From a virus: a stretch of DNA of 64,000 nucleotides. A program made the translations under genes and the position numbers. Where the stretch lies: the IMG/VR virus record IMGVR_UViG_3300045988_161200; one strand, 5' to 3'. The stretch's first letter is position 1. Each line of letters opens with the position of its first letter. Positions 8,840-18,617 of the stretch are shown one piece after another. The notes under the pieces are model-generated. The model was not told the origin of the DNA and searched no databases. It saw only the letters and a program-made list of their open reading frames with translations.

Positions 8840-9713
8840 TTATAATTTATTGTTCTGTTTTTCTAATATTTCAAGTGCTTCTTTCTCAGTAATTAACCCT
8901 AAAGATATTGCTCCTAAAACAGGTTCACCTTTAAATGTATTATCATATAAATACTTCCAATGATACCCATTGGCAGACTTTAATCTGCCTTTCGCACAAG
9001 AGCAAATATCAGCGTAGTTGATTTTTAATTCTATCGAAGCTAATTTTGCATAGCTCCATATTTTAATTAAGTTGTCATATTTATCAAGTTGAAGAGTTAT
9101 TAAAGCTCTTGGATTTTTCTCTCCTGACTGAATATCTTTATGTGCTTCACTTTGCATTTTTCTTTGTTCTTCTGACCAATGAGTGCCATAGCGTGGATGG
9201 TTTTCCCCTGATATGGTTTTACTTAATTTTTCTCTACTTTCTTTTGACCAGATTCTATTTTTTATTTCTTTCAACCATTGCCAAATGTCCTTCTTCAGTA
9301 ACGTGCTTACGTTTTCCTTTTATAGCATCGCTTATTTTTCTACGATGTTCGTCTGTGAAAGGTTTTCCTGTGAGTAATTTGCTATACGCCTTTTTAGCTT
9401 CTTCGTATTCTTCTGGTGCAAGCACATCTGTTTGGCTTGTACGATTTTCAATCATATTCGACATACACCACCAAGCATAAACCAATCCGTCTACATTAGG
9501 ATTTTCTATAGCTAAAAGTTTATGAGCTATAAAATGTTCTCGTGCAAACAAATCAATTAAATTGTTTTCATCATTTGTACCACCCAAACATCTTGGTATT
9601 ATATGGTGTCTTTCGTGATATTCATCGCCACAATTAAATCTTCCACGAGTATCAATTATATTTTGTATAAATTTGTTGTATGTAATTTGTTCAAAGTTAT
9701 TTATTATTAGCAC
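8840..9713 (-). mobile_element. free-standing HNH homing endonuclease with NUMOD-type repeats, split by a frameshift
   Basis: The upstream ORF has HHIIPRCLGGTNDENNLIDLFAREH (HNH) and a GKPFTDEHRRKIS repeat. The downstream ORF has ENHPRYGTHWSEEQRKM and a C-terminal IENR-like DNA-binding tail. The frames rejoin if the A6 run (9258-9263) loses one base. Confidence 0.7.
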
Positions 9714-9879
9714 TACCTTTCATTTTTAAGACCAACAATTATCAATAAATTTATCCCAAGCAAACATCACCTGATTATATACGTCAATCTTGGCTTCGCT
9801 TTTATAAACCTGATCGTCAATATGATATTTTGCAAAACCCAGCCAATCAAAATTCATCTCATTGGTAACTTCAAGCTTT

Positions 9880-10140
9880 TCACCTTCGGGATTTCTGCTT
9901 TCCGCACCATGGATAGAGAAATACCCGATTATCTTCAGTAAGTTTCACAACAAGTCCCCATTCAGTTTTGCCACCATAATAGTAAAACAATTCTTTTCTT
10001 ACTGCCTCGGCAAACTCAGCTTTATCCTTTATTGTTCTGATATGTTTACCAAAATATTTAGCAAAACTGCCATGCTTGAAAATATTGAACGCTTCAATCT
10101 CATGCTTATTGATATTGTAATGATACACAAACCATTCCAT
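9880..10140 (-). CDS. hypothetical protein
   Basis: 86-aa ORF abutting the next gene. Confidence 0.5.
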   Translation of the reverse strand: MEWFVYHYNINKHEIEAFNIFKHGSFAKYFGKHIRTIKDKAEFAEAVRKELFYYYGGKTEWGLVVKLTEDNRVFLYPWCGKQKSRR

Positions 10141-10361
10141 TAAGCTTCACCATCCTTGAGTATAACGGGATTCATCTGAGTTACGTTTCTGCCGTATTTT
10201 ATTGGCGCATATTCTATGATTTTGCCATAGTGCCCGGCATATCTGTCGGCATTATTCCCTGAATGATAAACTTTTAGGTGTCCATTGTAGCCGATTATCT
10301 TCTTACGTTCAGGATCAAACACGAAAAACATATGGTCGCCTGCATGGTATCCTCTGCTCAT
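10140..10361 (-). CDS. hypothetical protein
   Basis: 73-aa ORF in the operon. Confidence 0.5.
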   Translation of the reverse strand: MSRGYHAGDHMFFVFDPERKKIIGYNGHLKVYHSGNNADRYAGHYGKIIEYAPIKYGRNVTQMNPVILKDGEA

Positions 10362-10390
10362 TGAAATTCCTCTCTTTCGCCGATATTTAC

Positions 10391-10645
10391 TTATTCGTCT
10401 TCGTATTCATCATCGTCGTCATAATTATCATCGAAATCATCATCACCGAAGAATACGTTGTAAATCCTACCGTCCATCTCAAAAGATGTTTCAGAATCGC
10501 TGAGACAAGACCAGTCAAGCTTCTGACCACAATATGGACAGTATTCAAAATCACGGTCTGAGATGTCGCAATCACATCTTCCGCAAGTTATTGATTCAGG
10601 ATCAAATGGTGCCCTCTTACTCCAAGGCGTGTCTTTATCAAACAT
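10391..10645 (-). CDS. zinc-ribbon protein with acidic tail
   Basis: CGRCDC and CPYCGQKLDWS motifs with a D/E-rich C-terminus. Paralog motif in 34975-35241. Confidence 0.5.
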   Translation of the reverse strand: MFDKDTPWSKRAPFDPESITCGRCDCDISDRDFEYCPYCGQKLDWSCLSDSETSFEMDGRIYNVFFGDDDFDDNYDDDDEYEDE

Positions 10646-10679
10646 TTTTATTCCTCCTGTTCCTGCTTATTATCTTCAC

Positions 10680-11231
10680 TCATGATATGTTTTCTTTCAT
10701 TTTTATCAAAGCAATAAGAAACCAAAATACAGATAAGCCTATGGAAGTGTAGAATAGCCTCATAGACCACTGAATAAGTACAACTTTGTTGTCGTTTGTG
10801 CGTTTTACCTCAGATTGCACTTTTTCAATTAGTGCAACGTATTGTAAATCCTTCGCCGCATCCGATTTTATGGTTTCATAGTGCCTCTGTATAAAATCGC
10901 TCGTCTCTTTTATGCTAACAAAGTCGTTACGCTTTTCTCTTTTTTGCGCCATAGTTGCCAGAATTAGACTTGCCAAAAGTAGTGCAGTAATTGTAGAAAA
11001 AGCTAAGAGCAAGAAGCCGTATGTAAGAGGATATTTGTATTCTACTGCGATAGCAGCTACCATAAATAAAGCAGCAGATGTAAACGAAAACGCTGTCTGC
11101 ATTTGCGTACTCTGTTGGATAAGTGAATCCTCTCTGCGAAGTTCAGCTTCATAAATTGTCTGCGCAATTTGACGAATATGATTGCTTAATTCCTTCTGCT
11201 CGTCAGCATTCGGAAAGTTCTCCTCACCCAT
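10680..11231 (-). CDS. membrane protein
   Basis: 183-aa ORF with several hydrophobic helices. Confidence 0.55.
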   Translation of the reverse strand: MGEENFPNADEQKELSNHIRQIAQTIYEAELRREDSLIQQSTQMQTAFSFTSAALFMVAAIAVEYKYPLTYGFLLLAFSTITALLLASLILATMAQKREKRNDFVSIKETSDFIQRHYETIKSDAAKDLQYVALIEKVQSEVKRTNDNKVVLIQWSMRLFYTSIGLSVFWFLIALIKMKENIS

Positions 11232-11246
11232 ATATATTCCTCCTGT

Positions 11247-11561
11247 TTAATCATTAGTCATCTTTGCTCCGCAGTTGGGGCAATATGGAGATTTTTGCTG
11301 CTCATATTCGTGCGACCACCCACCTGTACCGCCTATGTCTTTCAGGAGTGTTTTATTGTCGCAAACTGAACAGCGAAAACGCCCACCACGATTATACCAA
11401 CGCCCGTGACGGACAGGCGCAACGTCTACGACGGGCAGTTTGTATATAGCGCTACCAATAACATCAACAGCACCGCTGTGAGAACCAAGTGTACCGTCGT
11501 GCGTACAGCCGTAATCGTCAATTATTTTCATAACAGCTTCACGCTTTATATACTCAGCCAT
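11247..11561 (-). CDS. zinc-ribbon protein, VAPV(K/R)HG(H/R)W...CPNCGAKM family, copy 1
   Basis: Contains VDVAPVRHGRW, CSVC and CPNCGAKMTND. Confidence 0.55.
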   Translation of the reverse strand: MAEYIKREAVMKIIDDYGCTHDGTLGSHSGAVDVIGSAIYKLPVVDVAPVRHGRWYNRGGRFRCSVCDNKTLLKDIGGTGGWSHEYEQQKSPYCPNCGAKMTND

Positions 11562-11563
11562 TA

Positions 11564-11995
11564 TCAGCCCTCCTCAGTTATAGTGTCACAGTCAAACATA
11601 ACGTTACAGCCTCTTTGTTTGAGCATTTCGCCGATAATTATGAGATGACAAAGATTTTCGTCCACACAGAAGCATAACAGAGCTATGTTCTCACCTGCCT
11701 TGTCATACTGTTCAAGCCGATTGAGCCATTCTTTCGCAGTTTCATTGTTTTTGATTTCGTTAATGAATGCAGGCTTGTACACATTATCAAACGTTTCCTG
11801 ATTCCAACAGCCCTGTTTTTTCCAGCCAAGATAAGACCAGAACAGATTGCAGCTCGGACTAAGGTCCGGAACGTGCATAGCGTCATTAAGAATGCTGCTG
11901 TGAGTTCTTTCGAGAGATGCGATACTGCGTACAATGAGAAATGTCCTATCGTAGTCAGCTTTATGCCAATGTTTTATGTTTGTGCATCTAATCAT
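11564..11995 (-). CDS. DUF488-family protein
   Basis: The pattern LSPSCNLFWSY...WNQETFDNVYKPAFINEI...IALLCFCVDENLCH matches the DUF488 signature (LAPS..L, w.eF..Y, LLC..CHR-like). The start is set at the internal Met. Confidence 0.55.
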   Translation of the reverse strand: MIRCTNIKHWHKADYDRTFLIVRSIASLERTHSSILNDAMHVPDLSPSCNLFWSYLGWKKQGCWNQETFDNVYKPAFINEIKNNETAKEWLNRLEQYDKAGENIALLCFCVDENLCHLIIIGEMLKQRGCNVMFDCDTITEEG

Positions 11996-12047
11996 TTTAA
12001 AATCCTCTTCTCTGTTACTTTCATAAATCGTACTTCCTTTCGCATTG

Positions 12048-12620
12048 TCAGCCCTCCTCAACATAGCACCAACTTTGCGGCGGTCTTTTTAAAGGTTTAA
12101 ACCCGTCAACACCACAATACTCCACACCGTATTCTTCAAGCTGATAATATTCACAGTTATAACAGTCTGTTTCGCCATTCTCTTTGCATTTTGTTGTAAA
12201 CTCGCTAAGTTTTTTCGGCTCGTCATAAATTTTGAGGTCGGATATGTGCCAACCGTTTCCTTTTTTATCGTTGAGGTAATGTTGTAATTGATTAATATTA
12301 AGGCAAGTTTCGGCTGTAATACATACATCTGGGTGTTGAATGAGTTGATTGACACGTATATATGTCATTACAGGATCATCAATGATATCAATCGTGTCAA
12401 TTCTATCACATACAAACTCGCCTATGACTTTAGTATCAAGTTGCACATTTTTATCAAGCCTTATCCAACCTTTTGGAGCTTTACAGCAATAAATATAGCA
12501 CTTAAACGGCGTTTCAAGCTTTGGCTTTGTCTTGCGAACTTCAATGGTCTTATAGCGGTTTGCGATGAGTTCACACCATCTCGGCTTGACACTTATTAGA
12601 ACTGCTTTACTCATTTTCAT
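12048..12620 (-). CDS. ASCH-domain protein
   Basis: The N-terminus AVLISVKPRWCELIANRYKTIEVRKTKPK resembles the ASCH fold signature. The start is set at the internal MKMS. Confidence 0.55.
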   Translation of the reverse strand: MKMSKAVLISVKPRWCELIANRYKTIEVRKTKPKLETPFKCYIYCCKAPKGWIRLDKNVQLDTKVIGEFVCDRIDTIDIIDDPVMTYIRVNQLIQHPDVCITAETCLNINQLQHYLNDKKGNGWHISDLKIYDEPKKLSEFTTKCKENGETDCYNCEYYQLEEYGVEYCGVDGFKPLKRPPQSWCYVEEG

Positions 12621-12987
12621 CACCTCCGTCCATCTTTGCCCCACAGTTCGGGCAGTATTTAGAGCCAGCATACACATATGGGCTGAACCGCTTGTCGATC
12701 GGCAGATTGTTATTAACACTATGGCACAAGCTACATTCCCATGCACCTAAACCCCAGTCATGCCCGTTTTGATTATATACCCAATGCCCATGCTTCACTG
12801 GTGCAACATCAACATTTGTGACTTCAAAACAAGTTTTAAGCCACTCTTTTACATTAGCTAAACAGTATGATCCATATCCAATATGCCATTCGTTGTCCGA
12901 TAGATCGTAATACTCAATTAAATAATATGGTTTATCAACGTTGCCTCTAACGATTATGTTAGGATTTACTGCTTTAATTTTATCCAT
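12607..12987 (-). CDS. zinc-ribbon protein family, copy 2
   Basis: Contains VDVAPVKHGHW, CSLC and CPNCGAKMDGGDENE. Confidence 0.55.
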   Translation of the reverse strand: MDKIKAVNPNIIVRGNVDKPYYLIEYYDLSDNEWHIGYGSYCLANVKEWLKTCFEVTNVDVAPVKHGHWVYNQNGHDWGLGAWECSLCHSVNNNLPIDKRFSPYVYAGSKYCPNCGAKMDGGDENE

Positions 12988-13168
12988 TGTTATTTTCCTC
13001 ACTTCCTTTATCCATTTTAGCTCCGCAGTTCGGACAGAAATTAAAATCATTACCCCACACAATTACTCCGCACTCTGAACATTTGTATTTCTTTGAAATC
13101 CAATGCCCGTGCTTTACGGGTGAAACGTTGGCGGTTGGTGCATTATCAGTCAAGTCGTATTCAGCCAT
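12980..13168 (-). CDS. zinc-ribbon protein family, copy 3 (minimal)
   Basis: Contains NVSPVKHGHW, CSEC and CPNCGAKMDKG. Confidence 0.55.
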   Translation of the reverse strand: MAEYDLTDNAPTANVSPVKHGHWISKKYKCSECGVIVWGNDFNFCPNCGAKMDKGSEENNNG

Positions 13169-13367
13169 TATCTATCTTCGTCCTTTCTTCTACAACATTT
13201 AAACCATCAATCGCATACCCGCCAGACTTTCCCTCAAGTAGTACAACGATTGTTCCGCAACAATTCCACGGATTTGAACGTACTGTCCAAGTTTTGCCCT
13301 TGTCTTTTTCGCTTACAGAATAATTGTTGTTCATAATAACCCTGTCGCCTATTTTGATATTATTCAT
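13161..13367 (-). CDS. hypothetical protein
   Basis: ORF in the operon. The start is chosen at the internal MNNIKIG. Confidence 0.4.
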   Translation of the reverse strand: MNNIKIGDRVIMNNNYSVSEKDKGKTWTVRSNPWNCCGTIVVLLEGKSGGYAIDGLNVVEERTKIDNG

Positions 13368-13438
13368 AGCAAGTACCCCACAATACATACTGTCAAAAAG
13401 ACTTAATACATTCAGTTTTATCACTCCTATCTTATTAT

Positions 13439-13803
13439 TTACTTATCATTATTGTTGTTAGTCCACACAGATTCTGTATTTTCATTACCTAAAGCATCAT
13501 TTAGTAATCTCTTCAAATGCTTCACGGCTTTATCTATTTCCTTAAAAATTTTCACCTCATCTTCTAAAGACTTACCATGAAGATGAAAAATCAGATCACC
13601 ATAAGCCCACTGTAATGACGTATAACTCTTACCAAATTCAGAATCATCAGAAATTGAATCAAGCATTTTTTATAATCGTTACAGAAACCTTCTAATCTCT
13701 CCTTTGGAATAAGTGGTTCAAGTATCCTATTCTCTAATTTTGAACCATCGCCATAGACTGTAAAATCCCATTCCTGTTTGTTATTTTCTTTGTTATTGTT
13801 CAT
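13439..13803 (-). CDS. hypothetical protein, two frames joinable at an A6 run
   Basis: The 13591-13803 and 13439-13666 ORFs overlap. One extra A at 13666-13671 gives a continuous ...GFCNDYKKMLDSISDD... Confidence 0.35.
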
Positions 13804-13848
13804 CTTTATATCCTCGCTTAATTTATGATAAAAGCAATTTTTATTGTT

Positions 13849-14214
13849 TTACTCAATTCCATATTCTTTGAAAAACTCTGGTATATCCAGCCATTCGTCT
13901 TTCATAAGATTTCCTATCTTTGTAATAGACCTACCCAAACCATTTGAAACTACTCTTATGTACTTACCTTTACAATCTTCCCACTTACTTACATCAACAA
14001 CTTTCATAATTCGTGTAATTAAATCCATACTATAAGCACAACATTGACGTTTCTTTGTATTCTTATTATATTCATCTAAAGCATATCCACCTATAACACA
14101 AGCTGTTCCATCGGAAATATCAACGGCAATACCAAATGTAAGAATGCCGTGGTCTTCGTAATAAATTGATACATTTTTAATCTGTGCATTAAGAATTTCT
14201 GGTGTGTTATTCAT
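13849..14214 (-). CDS. hypothetical protein
   Basis: 121-aa ORF in the operon. Confidence 0.5.
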   Translation of the reverse strand: MNNTPEILNAQIKNVSIYYEDHGILTFGIAVDISDGTACVIGGYALDEYNKNTKKRQCCAYSMDLITRIMKVVDVSKWEDCKGKYIRVVSNGLGRSITKIGNLMKDEWLDIPEFFKEYGIE

Positions 14215-14758
14215 TTTTATCTTCCTTTCTTAACTGTTCCAAAGTAACAGGTGTATAATTATGAAGCATACAGCCTACATTATAACACTCATAACTAAAT
14301 CCTTTACTCTTCATTATTTTTGCATATTCCTGAAAAGGTCTTGTGTCACGTCCTGCATGAATATGACCATACAGATGAATATATCCATAATCGGCATTTA
14401 TCCAATGAGCAATAGGATAATGACAAAGAACAAGGTGTTCACCGTTATCTTTGATTACATCATAATCTTTAATCCACTCAAAATATTTGTTATGCTCTGT
14501 AGAAATTCTATCGTGATTGCCTTTTATAAGGAATTTTGTACCTTTGAGTCTTGGCATTATTTCAGGAATTAATCTATTATCCCAGAACATATCACCAAGA
14601 ACATAAACCAAATCACCTTTTGAAACAACACTGTTCCAATTTTGTATCATTGTTTCGTGCATATCATCAAGTGACTTAAATGGTCTGCTGTCAAAATCAA
14701 TACATTTTTGATGACCAAAATGTAAGTCTGATATATAAAATTTGCTTATTTTTATCAC
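14207..14758 (-). CDS. calcineurin-like metallophosphoesterase
   Basis: SDLHFGH, LGDMF, GNHD and GHIH motifs appear in the canonical order. Confidence 0.8.
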   Translation of the reverse strand: MIKISKFYISDLHFGHQKCIDFDSRPFKSLDDMHETMIQNWNSVVSKGDLVYVLGDMFWDNRLIPEIMPRLKGTKFLIKGNHDRISTEHNKYFEWIKDYDVIKDNGEHLVLCHYPIAHWINADYGYIHLYGHIHAGRDTRPFQEYAKIMKSKGFSYECYNVGCMLHNYTPVTLEQLRKEDKNE

Positions 14759-14865
14759 CTCCTCACATACAATAAAAAATCTGTTTTGTGATAGTTCAAT
14801 GATTCTGTCTTTAGTCTAAAATAATTCCATTTTAGACTAAAACTTATCACGAAATTTCACTTTCA

Positions 14866-15096
14866 TCATAACTCAATATGACAATTTGATACATCTTCTT
14901 TCTTATAACTCCATTTGTGCGGATTTATACGGTTACGATGTATCAGTGCATATCGTAGAACACTATGCTGTAAGCAATTAACCATTTTGTCAATTTCTTC
15001 TAAATCGTCAGTAACTGCAATGCGATTTAATTCACCATCAATCATATCTCTGAGATTACGTTGTTCATTGCACTGTTCCTGATTTACATAAAGCAT
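14866..15096 (-). CDS. hypothetical protein
   Basis: 76-aa ORF. Confidence 0.45.
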   Translation of the reverse strand: MLYVNQEQCNEQRNLRDMIDGELNRIAVTDDLEEIDKMVNCLQHSVLRYALIHRNRINPHKWSYKKEDVSNCHIEL

Positions 15097-15108
15097 ATTA
15101 TTATCTCC

Positions 15109-16026
15109 TTATCTTTCACTTGCAATATTTCTTGCTAATTTCATAGCGATGCCATTAGCAACCTTGCCGAAATTATCAATCTGCTTTACTATTTCAGGCT
15201 CTTCCTTAACACAATCCTCGTAAACAGCCTTAGTCAAGTTCTTTGTAATAATAGGCATTTCCTCTAAAGACCAATTCTCAGGGAGAATATCTTCGTCAAC
15301 AAACTTATTAAGAAGTTTCCTTACTCTTGCTTCTGTAACAATAGTTTCAGCAAGTTTCTGGATTTCTTCTCTCTTTTTCATCATTGCAGGGTCAACAACC
15401 TTTGCTTCTTTATGAGTATGTGTTTCCTGAAATTTTTCAGCCACAATCTTGATGTAAAACGGCTGACGGGTATTAGGATTGTTAAGCATTGTCTGATTTT
15501 TAATTACAATTCCTTCACCGTATTCACCGCCAAGGTCAGTCTTACCTACAAAACTCATACAATGTCCCCAAGAGATAAATTTACCCTCATAAAATGTAGG
15601 AACATAAGTAAGATTAAGTTTGCTTACAATAGCCTGAACTGTACTCTGAGGAAGATACTTTTCTGTATTAGTATCATACACGTCATAACAATAAGTATGA
15701 TTATAACGCTCTTCTGGATAAGACAGAGTATGAGGCACAAGCCATTCCATAAATAATACAAGGTTGTCGCCGAGAACAGATTTTATGAGTTCCTTATTGA
15801 GCGTCTGCGACCACTCATAAAATCCTCTGAGATTATTGCCAACGCCAAGAATATTCTTTCTTGACTGGGCAACTATCGTATCAGTTTCAGAATCATATCT
15901 GATAGCTGCATTACAGCCATCAATCTTTTCTTGAATAACTATGTAATCACCAACGCTAAAACCGTTAGCATACTCAGGTTTAATCCTCTGAATATCCATA
16001 AACTTCTTATGTATCATTTTTAACAT
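15109..16026 (-). CDS. RNA ligase (Rnl2-like nucleotidyltransferase)
   Basis: Motif I EKIDGCN, FMEW, motif IV EGIVIK and motif V YIKIVAEKF. The window also contains a separate, larger ATP-dependent DNA ligase. Confidence 0.7.
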   Translation of the reverse strand: MLKMIHKKFMDIQRIKPEYANGFSVGDYIVIQEKIDGCNAAIRYDSETDTIVAQSRKNILGVGNNLRGFYEWSQTLNKELIKSVLGDNLVLFMEWLVPHTLSYPEERYNHTYCYDVYDTNTEKYLPQSTVQAIVSKLNLTYVPTFYEGKFISWGHCMSFVGKTDLGGEYGEGIVIKNQTMLNNPNTRQPFYIKIVAEKFQETHTHKEAKVVDPAMMKKREEIQKLAETIVTEARVRKLLNKFVDEDILPENWSLEEMPIITKNLTKAVYEDCVKEEPEIVKQIDNFGKVANGIAMKLARNIASER

Positions 16027-16089
16027 CTCCTTTAATTTTTAAGCCTAAGTCTTCTATGTAATTTGGAAGCATTTTATCACCACTTTGAC

Positions 16090-16410
16090 TTAATGTATAA
16101 ATAATGTGTGACCTGTTTCTTTGTCTTCTAAAGTAAAATCATCAATATTAGGTATGGATTTATATTCCCACCACTCACTACCATCATATTCATGACGTTC
16201 AAGCCAAAACTCCTTACCTACAACAACAAGAGCGGTGTTTATTTCTTCTAATCCATAGCCATCATCATAAATAATGTTTTCGGCTCTTCTTATAAATTCT
16301 TCTGGAGAGATGCGTAGCTGATGAAAACAGTCAGCAACAAAAATAATATCATCAAATGTTTTATTGTATTTCTCTAATACTTCTTTTGTTTCTTGTAAAA
16401 AATTAATCAT
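16090..16410 (-). CDS. hypothetical protein
   Basis: 106-aa ORF. Confidence 0.5.
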   Translation of the reverse strand: MINFLQETKEVLEKYNKTFDDIIFVADCFHQLRISPEEFIRRAENIIYDDGYGLEEINTALVVVGKEFWLERHEYDGSEWWEYKSIPNIDDFTLEDKETGHTLFIH

Positions 16411-16433
16411 TTTATCATCACCAAACCAATCTT

Positions 16434-16769
16434 TTATTGTATATTATTAATCTCTTCAAAAGTATTTGTCTCTGGGTTATACCGATAAGGTAATCCATTT
16501 GGTGCATAATATGGAGTTGGTGTTGTTGCGTAATCCAAACTAAATGTTCCATTCCACCAATACACGATTCTTGTGGAGCTATCATAATATATGCAACTAC
16601 TATAAATTGAAGTTGATGGAATTAGAATTAAATTACCGCTTCCAAATGTTACATTTGATAATTCTTCACTATTTTCAACATTTACTAAAATGGTATTGTC
16701 ATTTGAACAACCAGATAAAGTAGTCAAAACAAATATACTTGCGATTATTGCAATTAATTTATTCCTCAT
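16434..16769 (-). CDS. lipoprotein
   Basis: Signal peptide with the lipobox LSGC at the N-terminus. Confidence 0.65.
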   Translation of the reverse strand: MRNKLIAIIASIFVLTTLSGCSNDNTILVNVENSEELSNVTFGSGNLILIPSTSIYSSCIYYDSSTRIVYWWNGTFSLDYATTPTPYYAPNGLPYRYNPETNTFEEINNIQ

Positions 16770-16796
16770 AATTTTACCCTCTCTATTATAAAATTA

Positions 16797-17561
16797 TTAA
16801 TCCTTTGAAAGTCTATAAAGATATCTGCCATCCCCTCCTTCTCGTGTTAATGCTAAACTCATATTACTATAATAGTTTTTAGTAAACCATTTGTCCAGCA
16901 TTTTAATCTCAACATCTTCTTGTTCATAAATATCATTTGAAATTTTATTAAAATGTATTCGCATCTCATATCTTGGAGAAGTATTAGTTCCATAGTCATA
17001 AAGAATTACATTGTTTACAATGTTATATCTTTTAAGAAACCAAATTTTAGAGCCGTGCCAAAGTTTGGTTGAAAAATTCTTCCACCAATTTTTAATAAAT
17101 TCCTGTATGTTGTATGCTCGTTCTCTCAAATAATATAAAAAATATGAGCCTTCATAATATTGACCGCCATATCCGTCCATTGCAAAAGATACAAATGGAT
17201 GATTTTTAATTGTTTTTAACATTGGTAACAAAGGATATAACCAAGGATTATTTGATTTAACTTCAGACAACTCAAATTCTTGTAAAAAGAAACTTCTTGA
17301 TGGCTTAAACTTGTCGATATTTAAGGTGTGCTGACAAAAAAATTGAACCGCAGGAGTTTTCTCATCTCCATTATTATTTTCATTCGTATCAACCCACATA
17401 CCAAATTGCCAATTATGCAACCCTTTAATGTTAAAAGATACAACTGAATTTTCACCCATATCAAATACAAAATATGAGTTTTTATAATTGATATTTATAG
17501 GTTCAAAATGATTATCCCTAAGATAAGTAAAAATCTTCTCAGAAGCCTCTTTGTTTGTCAT
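16797..17561 (-). CDS. hypothetical protein
   Basis: ORF with the start set at MTNKEAS, just after the stop of the upstream gene. Confidence 0.5.
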   Translation of the reverse strand: MTNKEASEKIFTYLRDNHFEPININYKNSYFVFDMGENSVVSFNIKGLHNWQFGMWVDTNENNNGDEKTPAVQFFCQHTLNIDKFKPSRSFFLQEFELSEVKSNNPWLYPLLPMLKTIKNHPFVSFAMDGYGGQYYEGSYFLYYLRERAYNIQEFIKNWWKNFSTKLWHGSKIWFLKRYNIVNNVILYDYGTNTSPRYEMRIHFNKISNDIYEQEDVEIKMLDKWFTKNYYSNMSLALTREGGDGRYLYRLSKD

Positions 17562-17565
17562 ATAA

Positions 17566-17892
17566 TTATTCACCCTTTCTATCCTCAATCCAAGCCATAA
17601 ACTCATTAACCGTAGTTTTCTGAATGTCTTTTACCATATTATCATAGTCGAAACAGGAGATAAAGAGAGTAACAACATTTATAGCAGGAATAGCAAAATA
17701 TACATACATAGAAATACCAGCCCAATATTTTGAGTTTTTAATATTATATTTTTCAAACTCATCGGATAAACATTTGAACTTAGCAAACCTTTTGAGATTA
17801 AGATATACTTCTTTAGTAATACGATTCATATAAACCACATTAGCTATAAAGATTATTACATTTACTATTACTGCAAATATTATTACTCTCAT
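17566..17892 (-). CDS. membrane protein
   Basis: 108-aa ORF with two hydrophobic helices. Confidence 0.5.
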   Translation of the reverse strand: MRVIIFAVIVNVIIFIANVVYMNRITKEVYLNLKRFAKFKCLSDEFEKYNIKNSKYWAGISMYVYFAIPAINVVTLFISCFDYDNMVKDIQKTTVNEFMAWIEDRKGE

Positions 17893-17911
17893 ATTATTAT
17901 CTCCTCAATAT

Positions 17912-18466
17912 TCACTTTTCAGACCAATCAGCCGGAACTCCATACCTTTCTTCGGCGAGTTTAGTTGCTTCGTAAGCTTCCTTACGTCTGATTGCTTCCA
18001 TACGGATTCTATACTTTTCACGTCTTTTCTTATCACGTTCTGTAAGTCTCTGTTCTTCTGCCTTCTGAATTTCAGCCTTTGCACGAACCTCGGCTTCTCT
18101 CTTAGGCTTAGTAATGAGCCAGTAATCAACTATATCCGAGATATTCTTACCGAGGAACTTCTTTGTTATATGCTTTGCATAACAAGTTGTGAAACCATAA
18201 TAAGCATCTGCCTTGTCAGCAGGACACTCTACTGACTCCTTAGAACCGTCTGCAAAAGTAAGCACCGTTCTTATGTATGTAGTATCATACTTAGTGAACT
18301 GTTCTGCGTGATAGTCTACAACCTTGCAACGCACATCATCTATATTAGAGTTTTTAATCATAAAATTAGGCAACTCAGACATTGCTCCAAACACGAGAGG
18401 TATTGTTGCATCCTCCCTCTTTACCATTACTTCTTTTATAACATTATTAAGGTCTTTGTAAGTCAT
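17912..18466 (-). CDS. hypothetical protein with K/E-rich C-terminus
   Basis: 184-aa ORF with an RBS. First gene after the promoter at 18541-18569. Confidence 0.5.
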   Translation of the reverse strand: MTYKDLNNVIKEVMVKREDATIPLVFGAMSELPNFMIKNSNIDDVRCKVVDYHAEQFTKYDTTYIRTVLTFADGSKESVECPADKADAYYGFTTCYAKHITKKFLGKNISDIVDYWLITKPKREAEVRAKAEIQKAEEQRLTERDKKRREKYRIRMEAIRRKEAYEATKLAEERYGVPADWSEK

Positions 18467-18540
18467 TCTTATATTCTCCTTTAGTTTATTATATTTTGCG
18501 TAGTCATATTATTATTTACTTATAATCTGACTACATACTT

Positions 18541-18569
18541 ATTATACCATATATAATAGAAATGTCAAG
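18541..18569 (-). promoter_or_regulatory. sigma70/sigmaA-type promoter
   Basis: Minus strand: TTGACA (18564-18569), 17 nt, TATAAT (18541-18546). It is flanked on both sides by the TTATAAGTAA[A/G]TAATAA motif. Confidence 0.65.
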
Positions 18570-18617
18570 TGGTTTTTCAAATTATTTTGCCCATTTTTTA
18601 TTACTTACTTATAATTA

